64,000 nucleotides of DNA, from NCBI GenBank assembly GCA_038882935.1, contig JAVZNF010000003.1, positions 1 through 64,000 of the forward strand. Reading direction: 5' to 3'. Position numbers and translations under genes: made by a program. This document shows, piece after piece, positions 20,035 to 29,600 of this stretch. The notes under the pieces were generated by a model that ran no database searches, was not told where the DNA came from, and was given only the letters and a program-made list of their open reading frames with translations. The stretch's first letter is position 1. Every line of letters starts with the position of its first letter. Source of the stretch: Archaeoglobaceae archaeon. GTDB taxonomy: Archaea; Halobacteriota; Archaeoglobi; Archaeoglobales; Archaeoglobaceae.

Positions 20035-20743
20035 TGCTCTTCACTTTTTTTGAATGTTTATATCTTTTACTCATTCCAACAAGCAAAAGACCGAGCTCAA
20101 ACATTGTCCCAAAGAGGATCAGGACCAAGATCTGGCTTATCCCGCTCAGGTTTGTGGGTGAGTTGAGTATTAACATCACAATCAGCAAATAAATCGGAAG
20201 CCTTAGTTTTTTCATTGTATCATAGTCCACGATTTTAAAGCGATCGAGCAGATAAACCGCTAGGGGAATTTGAAGCGAGATTGCAAAGAAGAAAGCTATG
20301 TTAACTGCGTTTCCAAGAGTTCTCCCGACTGAGAAAAACTCCTCCCCATAGGAGAACCTGTAGAGAAACGGAACAAGGAACTTGAAGGCAATGATTATCC
20401 CAAACAAAAAGAGAACGTAACTCGGGATCAAAACAGTTTTCAGAAACTTTCTCTCGTTCTCATACAACCCGGGCTTAGCAAAGAGATACAGCTCGAGCAT
20501 CAGATAGGGATAGATCAAGATTAGCGTGAAGACAAGAGAGAGCGATAAGTTTAAAAAAATCCACTCCGTTACGCTGAACGCGAACATCTCTTCGCCAACG
20601 AGCTCACTCCAAAGCAATTTTATGATCTTTGGCGAAAAAATGAACACAACCGGCATAAAAACCAAGAGCAATATAAAGACTCTCCTGACCCTGCTTCTGA
20701 GCTCCGCGAGATGCTCAAATAAGCTCTGCTCTTTATCCTCCAC
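19994..20743 (-). CDS. tatC: Sec-independent protein translocase TatC
   Basis: (V)EDKEQSLFEHLAELRSRV aligns with the E. coli TatC N-terminus [20 protein letters not shown]. I place a GTG start at 20743; the ORF-track ATG at 20812 adds 23 residues with no counterpart. Six predicted TM helices. Confidence 0.8.
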   Translation of the reverse strand: MEDKEQSLFEHLAELRSRVRRVFILLLVFMPVVFIFSPKIIKLLWSELVGEEMFAFSVTEWIFLNLSLSLVFTLILIYPYLMLELYLFAKPGLYENERKFLKTVLIPSYVLFLFGIIIAFKFLVPFLYRFSYGEEFFSVGRTLGNAVNIAFFFAISLQIPLAVYLLDRFKIVDYDTMKKLRLPIYLLIVMLILNSPTNLSGISQILVLILFGTMFELGLLLVGMSKRYKHSKKVKSNANSDRRSGRSWL

Positions 20744-20795
20744 AAAAATAACTTGTAGACAAAATTTAAGGTGTTTTGGCCCAGATAAAAAACTT

Positions 20796-20981
20796 TTAAC
20801 TCTTAACGCCAAGTATTGATTTCGGGGACCTCTTTATCCTTCTTCTTTTCTTGCCCTCTGAAGTGAACTTCTGATTTGGTCCTGGCTTCTTGTAGTTCTG
20901 CCACTTCGTAGGCACAAGCCTATACTCGTTGCTGTTCCTCTTCTTGATCTTTATCCAAGTTACACTCCCCGTCTTCCCCAT
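20796..20981 (-). CDS. small, highly basic 61-aa protein of unknown function (nucleic-acid-binding or ribosomal-like)
   Basis: MGKTGSVTWIKIKKRNSNEYRLVPTKWQNYKKPGPNQKFTSEGKKRRRIKRSPKSILGVKS. It has no Cys and no TM helix, and the KR-rich C-terminus gives pI above 11. On the coding strand a TTTTTAAAA element lies about 20 nt upstream of the ATG, consistent with a leaderless mRNA. Confidence 0.45.
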   Translation of the reverse strand: MGKTGSVTWIKIKKRNSNEYRLVPTKWQNYKKPGPNQKFTSEGKKRRRIKRSPKSILGVKS

Positions 20982-21061
20982 TGCCCTTCATTACGATCGC
21001 ATTTTAAAAACTTTACCCTACAAGCACAAGGAATATATGCAGTTTTCACTTCCTACATATC

Positions 21062-22522
21062 ATGAAAATAGTTCTCACCGCTGAACGTTGTCTCATGAGC
21101 AACTACAATGGAGCACTCTTCCTCGGATTCATGGGCTGTGCACCGAAAAATCTGGTACCCTCGCCCTTATTTTTCAGATTCGTATGTCCACCAGTTGCAA
21201 TGGATAAGAACGGTGCAGTATTGGCTCCAAACGGAACAAGAAAGATCGAAGCGGCTCTGATCGAAAATGGCTTTGAGGTTATCGTCGTTCCGCCAGAGAA
21301 GATCGAGAAGTTCGCTAGGAAGGCAAAGGCTATTGGGATTACAACAAACGACCCCCTTGGCTTGGGACCAGCGTCGAGCACGTTTTCCGGGAGGTATGGG
21401 CTCGTAAAGGAAGAATCCTACAACGCTTTTTGCTTCAAGAGACTCGTGCAAAAAGTGAACGAGGTGAGCGATGCGAAGATTGTCGTTGGTGGTGCAGGCG
21501 CTTGGCAGTTGGCGGACGAGAAAATAATGAATGAGCTTGGAATAGACGTTGTTGTGATTGGGGAAGGGGAGAAAATTGCTCCCGAGATATTTGGAAAGAT
21601 TTTGAATGGCGAGGACGTCCACGGGATTTTCTATGGCGATGTCGTCGAACAAATTCCCGTGAATCGCCGTGCTACAGTTGGTGGAATCGTTGAGATAGCG
21701 AGGGGTTGCGGAAGAGGATGCAAGTTCTGCCAACCAACGCTTCAAAGGCTCAGGAGCCGACCTTTGGCAGATATAATTGAGGAGGTGAAGGTGAACGCAA
21801 AGTTGAACAAGTTCGCTACCCTTCACGCTGAAGACGTGCTCAGATACAAAGCAAACGGGTTTGAAGTGAACAAAGGAGAAGTCTTAAAGCTCTTCTTCGA
21901 AACTTCCAAGATCTGCAAAATTGGGATCAGCCACTTCTCGCTTGCAACTGTTGCGAAAGCTGAGAGCATAGTTTCAGAGATTTCTTCAATCCTTGGAATT
22001 CCAAACAAAAATCAACCTTGGCTCGCTGGACAGACAGGGATCGAAACTGGAAGCCCAAAGCTCATCAAGGAACACATGCCGGGAAAGGTTTTACCATTCA
22101 AAGCCGAAGAGTGGTGCGATGTGGTTGAAACAAGCTTCGGAATTTGCGCCGACAATCACTGGATTCCATGCGCAACCCTCATCATAGGGCTTCCCAACGA
22201 GACCGAAGAGGATGTATTGAGGACAATAGAGCTCCTCGGGAGGCTTAAGAACTACAAGAGCCTAATTGTTCCGCTCTTCTTTGTCCCAGTTGGGACAATG
22301 AAAGCGACAAAGCATTTTTCAAGTGAGGATCTCAAGCATTACCACTGGGAGCTGATGATAACTTGCTGGAAGCACGACACGAAGTGGATGCGAGTGCTTG
22401 CAAACGAATACCTTGCGAAGATGCCAATGTTGAGCAGGTTTTTCCTTCAGAGATTCATAGACTGGGCAATCAGAGAAGGAGAGAGAAGATTGGAGAAAAT
22501 GCTTAGCGCAAAACTACACTGA
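21062..22522 (+). CDS. B12-binding-domain radical SAM protein
   Basis: 486 aa. The N-terminal region is Rossmann-like and resembles a B12-binding domain. The radical-SAM cluster motif is CGRGCKFC. Confidence 0.7.
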   Translation: MKIVLTAERCLMSNYNGALFLGFMGCAPKNLVPSPLFFRFVCPPVAMDKNGAVLAPNGTRKIEAALIENGFEVIVVPPEKIEKFARKAKAIGITTNDPLGLGPASSTFSGRYGLVKEESYNAFCFKRLVQKVNEVSDAKIVVGGAGAWQLADEKIMNELGIDVVVIGEGEKIAPEIFGKILNGEDVHGIFYGDVVEQIPVNRRATVGGIVEIARGCGRGCKFCQPTLQRLRSRPLADIIEEVKVNAKLNKFATLHAEDVLRYKANGFEVNKGEVLKLFFETSKICKIGISHFSLATVAKAESIVSEISSILGIPNKNQPWLAGQTGIETGSPKLIKEHMPGKVLPFKAEEWCDVVETSFGICADNHWIPCATLIIGLPNETEEDVLRTIELLGRLKNYKSLIVPLFFVPVGTMKATKHFSSEDLKHYHWELMITCWKHDTKWMRVLANEYLAKMPMLSRFFLQRFIDWAIREGERRLEKMLSAKLH

Positions 22523-23491
22523 TTCGAGCTTCAGGAGCTCTTTCCTTGCATCTGAGAGCAGTTCGTTGAGATATCTGGAAACGGACTTCTTCAAATCCAT
22601 CGGATGTAGCCTCTTTGCCTTGAAATCCTCGACTAAGGATTCAAAGCTCGTGTATTCGATGTCTCCGCCGAACTTCGCATCTCTTTCAACCTTGAGCTTT
22701 TCGAACGCTGGAAAAACGTAGTGTTTCACAAGGTCGATTATCGGATTCCCTTCGACGATTCCTTGTGGACAGTAGGCTTTCATAATCTTTCTCTCCACCT
22801 CTTCTTCGGAGTCACGCAGAGATATGTAGTTCCCCTTCGACTTGCTCATCTTTTCCCCATCCAATCCTGCGATTATTGGTGTGTGGATACAAACCGGAGC
22901 CTTGTAACCAAGCGCAGGCAAATTCTCTCTTGCTAGCATGTGTATCTTTCTTTGATCGATTCCACCGACTGCGACGTCGACGTTCAAGTAAGCTATGTCG
23001 AGCGCTTGCATCAATGGGTAAATCATTTGAGAAACCATCGGGTCTTCTTTTCTCCTACTCACTTCATCCATGCTCCTTTTGGCTCTGTTGAGCGTTGTAA
23101 TCCTCGCAAGTCTTAGAACATCGAGCACGTAGTCTTTCTTGAGCTGGTAATCGCTTCCAAGAACAAACTTCGTATTCTCCTTTTTTAGTCCAAATGCTAT
23201 AAAAGTCCTCATGTTTCTCTCCGCGAGCTCCCTTATTTCTTCGAAAGTGCCCTTCTCGTTTAGGTATGCGTGAATGTCCGCCAAGAGAACGACTATCTCA
23301 AAACCCGCTTTCTGCAGATCTTTGAGCTTGTTAACCGTGATTAAATGCCCCAAATGAATTTCCCCGCTCGGCTCATAGCCCACATAAGCTCTTGGCTTTT
23401 CCTTTGCTTCGAGAAGTTTCTTAAGTTCTTCGACTGTCACTATTTCTTCTGCATTCCTCGATATCAGCGCTATCTTCTCTTCAAGATCCAT
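22514..23491 (-). CDS. tyrS: tyrosyl-tRNA synthetase (archaeal type)
   Basis: 325 aa with HIGH (HLGH) and KMSKS motifs. Confidence 0.92.
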   Translation of the reverse strand: MDLEEKIALISRNAEEIVTVEELKKLLEAKEKPRAYVGYEPSGEIHLGHLITVNKLKDLQKAGFEIVVLLADIHAYLNEKGTFEEIRELAERNMRTFIAFGLKKENTKFVLGSDYQLKKDYVLDVLRLARITTLNRAKRSMDEVSRRKEDPMVSQMIYPLMQALDIAYLNVDVAVGGIDQRKIHMLARENLPALGYKAPVCIHTPIIAGLDGEKMSKSKGNYISLRDSEEEVERKIMKAYCPQGIVEGNPIIDLVKHYVFPAFEKLKVERDAKFGGDIEYTSFESLVEDFKAKRLHPMDLKKSVSRYLNELLSDARKELLKLESV

Positions 23492-23601
23492 AGCGCTATT
23501 CTCCCAAGGTTTTTAAATTCTCTTGCCCCCAAATTCTGCCAAGATTTAAAGTTATTTTTGAGCTTAAGCAAATTTAAAAAGTCGTTCTGCAACGAACTAC
23601 T

Positions 23602-25077
23602 ATGCATTGGGCTGACGTCATAGCTTCGGAGCTCATTGAAATTTCAAGCTTTCATCGCATAGCCACAGGTATTTCGCCTTCAGGCCATATACACCTCGGG
23701 AATCTGAGAGAAATGGTCACTGCGGATGCAATAAGGAGAGCGTTAATCGATGCAGGTGGAAAAGCGGAGCTAATATACATCGCGGACGACATGGATCCCC
23801 TGAGGCGGAGATATCCCTTCCTCCCCGAGAAATACTCCGAATTCGTGGGAATGCCTCTCTGCAACATCCCCGATCCTTCAGGATGCCATGAAAGCTATTC
23901 CGAGCACTTTTTACAGCCTTTCCTCGAGTCGCTCGAAGTCCTTGGGATTCCAGTAGAGGTCAGAAGAGCGAGCGAGATGTATAGGCAGGGTCTATACGAG
24001 GATGCGATAAAAACTGCGCTGAAGAACTGCGATAAAGTTGCGCAGATAATAAGGGAAGTCACGGGTAGAGAACTCGAAGAAGATTGGTATCCATTCATGC
24101 CAATCTGCGAGAAATGCGGTAGGATAAACTCGACAAAAGTTACGGGTTTCGATGATGAGTTTGTATACTACACATGCAAATGTGGAAACTCAGGAAAAGT
24201 CAGTTACAAAGGTGGAGGAAAGCTTAGCTGGCGACTCGACTGGGTTGCAAGGTGGAAGATCCTAAAGATAACGTGCGAGCCATTCGGAAAAGACCACGCA
24301 GCTGCTGGAGGTAGTTACGATACCGGAAAAAGGCTCGCAAAAGAGATCTTCGATTACCCACCACCTTTCCCTGTTCCATACGAGTGGATCCATCTAAAAG
24401 GCGTTGGCGCAATGAAGAGCTCAAAGGGCATCGTCATACCGGTTAGGGAACTCATCGATGCCTTACCTCCGGAGATCGTGAGATACATAATAATTAGGGC
24501 AAAACCCGAAAGACACATCGAGTTCGACCCCGGCATTGGATTGCTCGAGATTATCGATGAGTTCGAGGAAAAGTTTAAGGAAAAGGATCGAAGTGTCCAG
24601 CTTAGCTTAGTTCACGAAGTGAAGTATTCCAGTGTCCCCTTCAGACACCTTATCGTCGTTGGGCAAATTGCAAACTGGGATTTGAAGAGAACGATCGAAA
24701 TTTTGGAGAGAAATGGATACAGATCCGAAAACCTGAAGGAAGACGTGGAGAGAAGGCTTGCGTATTGCAAAGTCTGGCTTGAAAAATACGCCCCAAAGAC
24801 CTTGAAGTTCGAAATAATAAGCGGAAAAGTCGAGCTAAGCGAAGAAGAGAAGAAATTCGTTGAAAAATACGCAGAAGAGCTCAAAGAAGAAATGGATGCG
24901 GAAACGATCCACAAGCTTGTTTACGATGTTGCAAAAAAGTGCGGAATTGATGCAAACAAAGCTTTTAAGGCGATTTACAAGATCTTAGTTGGAAAAGACT
25001 ACGGTCCACGGCTTGGTTACTTCATAAAGTCTTTGGGTGTTGATTGGGTGAAAAAGAGGTTCCATGAGGCGAATTGA
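23602..25077 (+). CDS. lysS: class I lysyl-tRNA synthetase
   Basis: 491 aa. PSGHIHLGNLRE is the HIGH motif, AMKSSKG is the KMSKS-like motif, and a Zn-ribbon CEKCGR...CKCG is present. Confidence 0.9.
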   Translation: MHWADVIASELIEISSFHRIATGISPSGHIHLGNLREMVTADAIRRALIDAGGKAELIYIADDMDPLRRRYPFLPEKYSEFVGMPLCNIPDPSGCHESYSEHFLQPFLESLEVLGIPVEVRRASEMYRQGLYEDAIKTALKNCDKVAQIIREVTGRELEEDWYPFMPICEKCGRINSTKVTGFDDEFVYYTCKCGNSGKVSYKGGGKLSWRLDWVARWKILKITCEPFGKDHAAAGGSYDTGKRLAKEIFDYPPPFPVPYEWIHLKGVGAMKSSKGIVIPVRELIDALPPEIVRYIIIRAKPERHIEFDPGIGLLEIIDEFEEKFKEKDRSVQLSLVHEVKYSSVPFRHLIVVGQIANWDLKRTIEILERNGYRSENLKEDVERRLAYCKVWLEKYAPKTLKFEIISGKVELSEEEKKFVEKYAEELKEEMDAETIHKLVYDVAKKCGIDANKAFKAIYKILVGKDYGPRLGYFIKSLGVDWVKKRFHEAN

Positions 25078-26047
25078 GGCTGGAAGCTACTACAGTTACC
25101 TTCCCAAAGGATGCAAGCTTTGTAGAAGAGGTGCAAAGCTGACGCTGTTTATAACTGGGCTCTGCAAAAATTCTTGCTTTTACTGCCCAGTCTCAAAACA
25201 GAAAATTGGAAGAGACGTAATCTTTGCGAACGAAAGAGAAGTGAAGAATATCGACGATTTCTTTGCGGAAATAGAAGCAATGGACGCAGAGGGAGTTGCA
25301 ATAACTGGCGGGGAGCCTTTGCTAAAGGTTGAAAGAGTCATCGAGTTTGCAAAGCTTTCAAAAGAGCTTGGACTCCATGTTCACCTGTATACCTCAATCC
25401 CTGCGCAAATAGACTTGCTTGAAAAAATAAACGTTGACGAGATCAGATTTCATCCGCCAGAGCTTAGAGATGTGGAAAAATATGCAGATTCGATAAGAGA
25501 TTCAAAAGATCTTGGCATTGACGCTGGATTCGAGATCCCAGCGATTGCTTTCGAAACAAAGATCGTTGAAATCGCAAATGAGCTCGATGCCTTTATAAAC
25601 GTGAACCAACTCGAGGCGAGTGAGAGTAACTGGTTCGCTTTGGAAGAGAGAGGATTTAAAATCCAAGACTACTACGTTGAGACATTCGAAGTTGTGAAAC
25701 TATACGAGCGAGCGAAAAAGTTCCACTACTGCACTGCAAAGTTCAAGGATTCTGCACAATTCAGAAGGAGGTTGATAAGAATGGCCATGAACCATCCAGA
25801 CTTCTACTTGGTAACAAGAGATGGAACTTTGCTCTACACGAGGATTGAAGGCAATCTCGATGTTGCGGAGAAAATCCTTAAAAAGGCAAAGGTTGAATAC
25901 ATACGCTTCGAAGACTGCATTGAAACGAGCTTGGAAGTTGCAGATGGCGATCTTAAAGAGAAGCTGAAATTGCGCGGACTTAAGGTTGCGATCGCTGAAA
26001 GGTATCCGACCGTGAATAGAACGCTGATCGAGCTCATGTGGGTTTGA
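25064..26047 (+). CDS. radical SAM protein related to pyruvate formate-lyase activating enzymes (COG2108-like)
   Basis: 327 aa with CKNSCFYCP (CxxxCxxC) and a SAM-binding GGEPLL motif. Confidence 0.75.
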   Translation: MRRIEAGSYYSYLPKGCKLCRRGAKLTLFITGLCKNSCFYCPVSKQKIGRDVIFANEREVKNIDDFFAEIEAMDAEGVAITGGEPLLKVERVIEFAKLSKELGLHVHLYTSIPAQIDLLEKINVDEIRFHPPELRDVEKYADSIRDSKDLGIDAGFEIPAIAFETKIVEIANELDAFINVNQLEASESNWFALEERGFKIQDYYVETFEVVKLYERAKKFHYCTAKFKDSAQFRRRLIRMAMNHPDFYLVTRDGTLLYTRIEGNLDVAEKILKKAKVEYIRFEDCIETSLEVADGDLKEKLKLRGLKVAIAERYPTVNRTLIELMWV

Positions 26048-26346
26048 GTATGGAGGTCGAAAAGAGAATTAAAAACTATCTGCAGAAGGATAAAAGCGGA
26101 TTACGGAAAGAGCTACTTTTAATTCTGCTCGACGGGAAAAAGCACACGAGCGAAGAAGTTTGTGAGATTCTAAGGAGTAAGGGTTTTGCTGTCACAAGAA
26201 AAAGGGTTTCCGCGATGCTTGGTGTCGTGAGCTCAAAGATCGGAATCGTAAAAACCGAGCTTGGAGAGAGGAAAAAGTATTATATAAAGCCAGAATATGT
26301 CGAGCTTGTTGAAAAAGCTATCAAAGCCAGTTTACAAAATCTATGA
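26038..26346 (+). CDS. small winged-helix protein, hypothetical
   Basis: About 100 aa. The real start is probably MEVEKRI at 26050. EEVCEILRSKGFAVTRKRVSAMLG is HTH-like. Confidence 0.5.
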   Translation: MGLSMEVEKRIKNYLQKDKSGLRKELLLILLDGKKHTSEEVCEILRSKGFAVTRKRVSAMLGVVSSKIGIVKTELGERKKYYIKPEYVELVEKAIKASLQNL

Positions 26347-27082
26347 AAAGAGGCTTGAGAGATTCGTGCTAAAAAACGAGATTCCGAGACACATAGCCAT
26401 AATCATGGATGGAAACAGAAGGTTTGCAAAGAAACTTGGGCTGGAGGAATCGCAAGGACACGAATTTGGCTCAAAAAAAGCGGAAGAGGTCTTAGAATGG
26501 TGTTGGCAATTGGGGATCAAGATGCTAACACTCTACGCCTTCTCAACCGAGAACTTCAAGAGAAGCGAGGAAGAGAAAAAGAACATCTTCAGAATCTTCG
26601 AAAGAGAGCTTAAAAGACTCTTAACAGACAAGACGACCTACGAAAGAGAAGTAAGAGTCAGAGTGGTCGGAAAAAGAGAGCTTCTCCCAGAAAAGCTTTT
26701 GAGGCTCGTTGAAGAAGTCGAAAAAGCTACTGAACCTCATGAAAAATGCTTCCTCAACATAGCAATTGCGTATGGGGGAAGGCAAGAGTTAATAGATGCG
26801 ACTAAGAAAATCGTTGAGAAGGTGATGAGGGGCGAACTAATGCCATCGCAGATCGACGAAAGAGTTGTTGAGGAAAATCTCTACAACGAGCATGAGCTAT
26901 ATGCAAAGGTAGACATAGTGATAAGGAGCGGTGGAGAGCAAAGATTGTCAAACTTCCTTCCCTGGCAGACCACGAACAGCGTGGCCTATTTCTGCGATGT
27001 CTTCTGGCCCGAGTTTAGGAAGATAGATCTGTTGAGAGCGATAAGAGAGTGGCAGAGGAGGAGGATATGTCAAAGAAACTGA
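26297..27082 (+). CDS. uppS: undecaprenyl/dehydrodolichyl diphosphate synthase (cis-prenyltransferase)
   Basis: IPRHIAIIMDGNRRFAKK and a C-terminal RSGGEQRLSNFLPWQ motif. The start is uncertain (ATG 26297 or a downstream GTG near 26372). Confidence 0.88.
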   Translation: MSSLLKKLSKPVYKIYEKRLERFVLKNEIPRHIAIIMDGNRRFAKKLGLEESQGHEFGSKKAEEVLEWCWQLGIKMLTLYAFSTENFKRSEEEKKNIFRIFERELKRLLTDKTTYEREVRVRVVGKRELLPEKLLRLVEEVEKATEPHEKCFLNIAIAYGGRQELIDATKKIVEKVMRGELMPSQIDERVVEENLYNEHELYAKVDIVIRSGGEQRLSNFLPWQTTNSVAYFCDVFWPEFRKIDLLRAIREWQRRRICQRN

Positions 27083-28281
27083 TGTATGAGTTTAAGAGAA
27101 AACTCGAAGAGCTCGATAGCTATCGCGGAAAGGGAACAGAGCTCATAACTCTCTACATACCTCCCGACAAGAACTTAGCAGATGTTGCAAACCAGCTTAG
27201 GGAAGAGCTAAGCCAAGCTTCAAACATAAAATCGAAGCAAACACGAACGAACGTGATCGCAGGACTCGAGGCGATTTTGAACCGATTGAAGCTATACAGA
27301 AAGCCACCTGAACACGGTATGGTTATCTTGAGCGGTTTTGTCACGATCGATGGAAAAGAGAAGCACATAACCGAGATAATCGAGCCTCCTGAGCCAGTGC
27401 CACTATACAAGTATCACTGCGACTCAAAGTTCTACCTTGAGCCATTGAAGGATATGCTGAAGGAGAAAAAGGTCTACGGTTTGATCGTCATCGATCGAAG
27501 AGAAGCAACCATAGGTTTGCTGAGGGGGCGACGAATCGAGGTTCTTGACTACGACACGTCAATGGTTCCCGGAAAGCACAGGCAAGGCGGACAGAGTAGC
27601 GTTAGGTTCGAAAGGCTCAGAGAGCTTGCAATCCACGAGTTCTACAAGAAAGTCGGAGAAATGGCGACCAATGCTTTCTTGCCTCACAAGGACAAACTCG
27701 TCGGGATCATCATCGGCGGTCCATCGCCGACAAAAGACGAGTTTTATCAAGGCGAATATATGCACCACGAACTGCAGAGAAAGATCCTCGGCTTGTTTGA
27801 CGTAGGCTACACGAATGAGAGCGGACTTTACGAGCTCGTAGACAAAGCAAAGGATTTGCTGTCTGAAGTCGACTTGGTTAGAGAGAAGGCGCTGATGAAT
27901 CGCTTCCTTTACGAGATCTCACGAGATGGTCTTGCTGTATACGGAGAAGAGGAGATAAGAAAGTATCTGGAGATCGGTGCAGTCGACACTTTGCTGATTT
28001 CTGAAGATCTGAGATACGAGAGAGTCCGCTACCGCTGTCCGAGTTGCGGAGAGGAGAGAGTTGTGACGCTAAGAGACAAAGCGGTTTCGAAGCAGGTATG
28101 CGAAAAGGATGGTGTTGAGATGGAAGAGATCGAGAGGGTTGACGTCGTCCTTGAGCTATCCGAGGTTGCTGAGAGAATGGGCACAAAGGTCGAGTTCCTA
28201 TCCACTGAAACAGAAGAAGGAGAAGTTCTCCTGAAAGCCTTTGGCGGAATTGCAGGGATTCTGAGATTCAAGCCTAAGTAA
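27049..28281 (+). CDS. prf1: peptide chain release factor aRF1
   Basis: 410 aa with NIKS (SNIKSKQTR) and GGQ (HRQGGQSSVRFERL) motifs. Confidence 0.93.
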   Translation: MAEEEDMSKKLMYEFKRKLEELDSYRGKGTELITLYIPPDKNLADVANQLREELSQASNIKSKQTRTNVIAGLEAILNRLKLYRKPPEHGMVILSGFVTIDGKEKHITEIIEPPEPVPLYKYHCDSKFYLEPLKDMLKEKKVYGLIVIDRREATIGLLRGRRIEVLDYDTSMVPGKHRQGGQSSVRFERLRELAIHEFYKKVGEMATNAFLPHKDKLVGIIIGGPSPTKDEFYQGEYMHHELQRKILGLFDVGYTNESGLYELVDKAKDLLSEVDLVREKALMNRFLYEISRDGLAVYGEEEIRKYLEIGAVDTLLISEDLRYERVRYRCPSCGEERVVTLRDKAVSKQVCEKDGVEMEEIERVDVVLELSEVAERMGTKVEFLSTETEEGEVLLKAFGGIAGILRFKPK

Positions 28282-28282
28282 A

Positions 28283-29092
28283 CTACTTAAGAAGGAGCAG
28301 GACGTAAATCCCGGTCATTATAGAGATCGTCCCCAAGATCGAACGCCTCGAGAAAACTTCAAGCCTTCTTAGGAAAATTGCTGTCAAGACCAGAGTGAAT
28401 AATGGATGCGAGCTCGTTATAGGTTCGATTACAGTCACCGGTGTGTCTTTGAGAACAATGTAGCGAACCATATGCGCAAGTCCGCCGAGAGCGCCACCCA
28501 CAACAAAGGGTTTCGTGTTCTTCAAAGATTTTCCGATCATAAAAGGTGTTAAGAGTGCTGTAGAAATTGCGAAGCCGATAAAGAGTGCGAAGAAGGGGTT
28601 GTATTCTATGGCGTTACCGAATCTTATAAAGTAAGAAGAGAGACATGCGAACAAACCCGTTAAGATCGCAAGGGAAATCCCAATCCAATCCGGTTCCCCT
28701 TTCACCTTCGATAGCAAAAATATTCCCGTAAATATGAGCACAGATCCGATGATGATCCAGAAGTTCAATAGCTCCCCAACAAACAAGCCGATTATGGTTG
28801 CGAAGAGAATTCTCGTCGACGAAAGAGGAGCGGAGAGGTTTGCACCGATTCTGCTTATCGCATAGTAAAGGCAGATCCTCGCGAGGAAGAACTGCAGAAC
28901 ACCTGCAAGAGTCATGTAGAGCAGGAACTCTTGATTAAGGGTTGGATTGAGCAGAGAAGGGGAGAACATGAGTGTCGAGACGAGAAGACTTGCGTAAATT
29001 CCGTTGAGCGTTTCAGATTTCTCGCTTCCAATCCTCACGAGGATGTGCTGAAGACTAAAGAGCAGTGGGATTAGCAGTGCAATACAGTTCAT
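28283..29092 (-). CDS. EamA/DMT-superfamily membrane transporter
   Basis: 269 aa with about 10 TM helices and two EamA-like halves. Confidence 0.7.
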   Translation of the reverse strand: MNCIALLIPLLFSLQHILVRIGSEKSETLNGIYASLLVSTLMFSPSLLNPTLNQEFLLYMTLAGVLQFFLARICLYYAISRIGANLSAPLSSTRILFATIIGLFVGELLNFWIIIGSVLIFTGIFLLSKVKGEPDWIGISLAILTGLFACLSSYFIRFGNAIEYNPFFALFIGFAISTALLTPFMIGKSLKNTKPFVVGGALGGLAHMVRYIVLKDTPVTVIEPITSSHPLFTLVLTAIFLRRLEVFSRRSILGTISIMTGIYVLLLLK

Positions 29093-29222
29093 CGTTCAAA
29101 TTCCGTCATGGTTTTAAATTTTTTGCTGAATTGTTATCAACAAAGAAGAATTCGAAAAATTTCGTTGCAAAGCTTAAGCTCAGAACTGACAAATTTTAAA
29201 TTCAGAGGAAGAAACTGCGTGC

Positions 29223-29582
29223 ATGAAAGTTTTGCTCACACTCCTTGCCGTCGGAGCACTCGATTCAGCTTATCTCTTCTACACGAACTACGTTTTATAC
29301 ACTTTGCCATATTGTCCGATAAACGCTTGTCTTCCTCCTGCAGAACTCATCGTTCCGAGTTACGTTTTCGCAATTCTCGGACTTCTGTGGTTTCTTGCAG
29401 GTATTGTGCTGACTTTCATAAAAAAGAGGGTTATTTTGAGAATCTGGCAATTCTTGGGCGTTGTTGGTGCGATATCTCTTTTCAGCTACTCCTGGGCAAT
29501 CCAATACCACTGCTTATACTGCTATTTAGCCCATGCTCTCGCAGTTGCTTCAGTCGTTCTATCTTGGAAATCGCTTAAATAA
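29223..29582 (+). CDS. minimal vitamin K epoxide reductase (VKOR)-family membrane protein
   Basis: 119 aa with 4 TM helices. The loop Cys pair PYCPINAC and the CxxC at the start of TM4 (HCLYCY) match VKOR topology. Confidence 0.65.
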   Translation: MKVLLTLLAVGALDSAYLFYTNYVLYTLPYCPINACLPPAELIVPSYVFAILGLLWFLAGIVLTFIKKRVILRIWQFLGVVGAISLFSYSWAIQYHCLYCYLAHALAVASVVLSWKSLK

Positions 29583-29600
29583 ATTGAGAAAAGTTTTGCC

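Noticed and set aside
20744-20812. N-terminal 23-codon extension of tatC
   Set aside because: The alignment with the E. coli TatC N-terminus begins at VEDKEQ (GTG 20743). The extension overlaps the 3' end of the small basic ORF.
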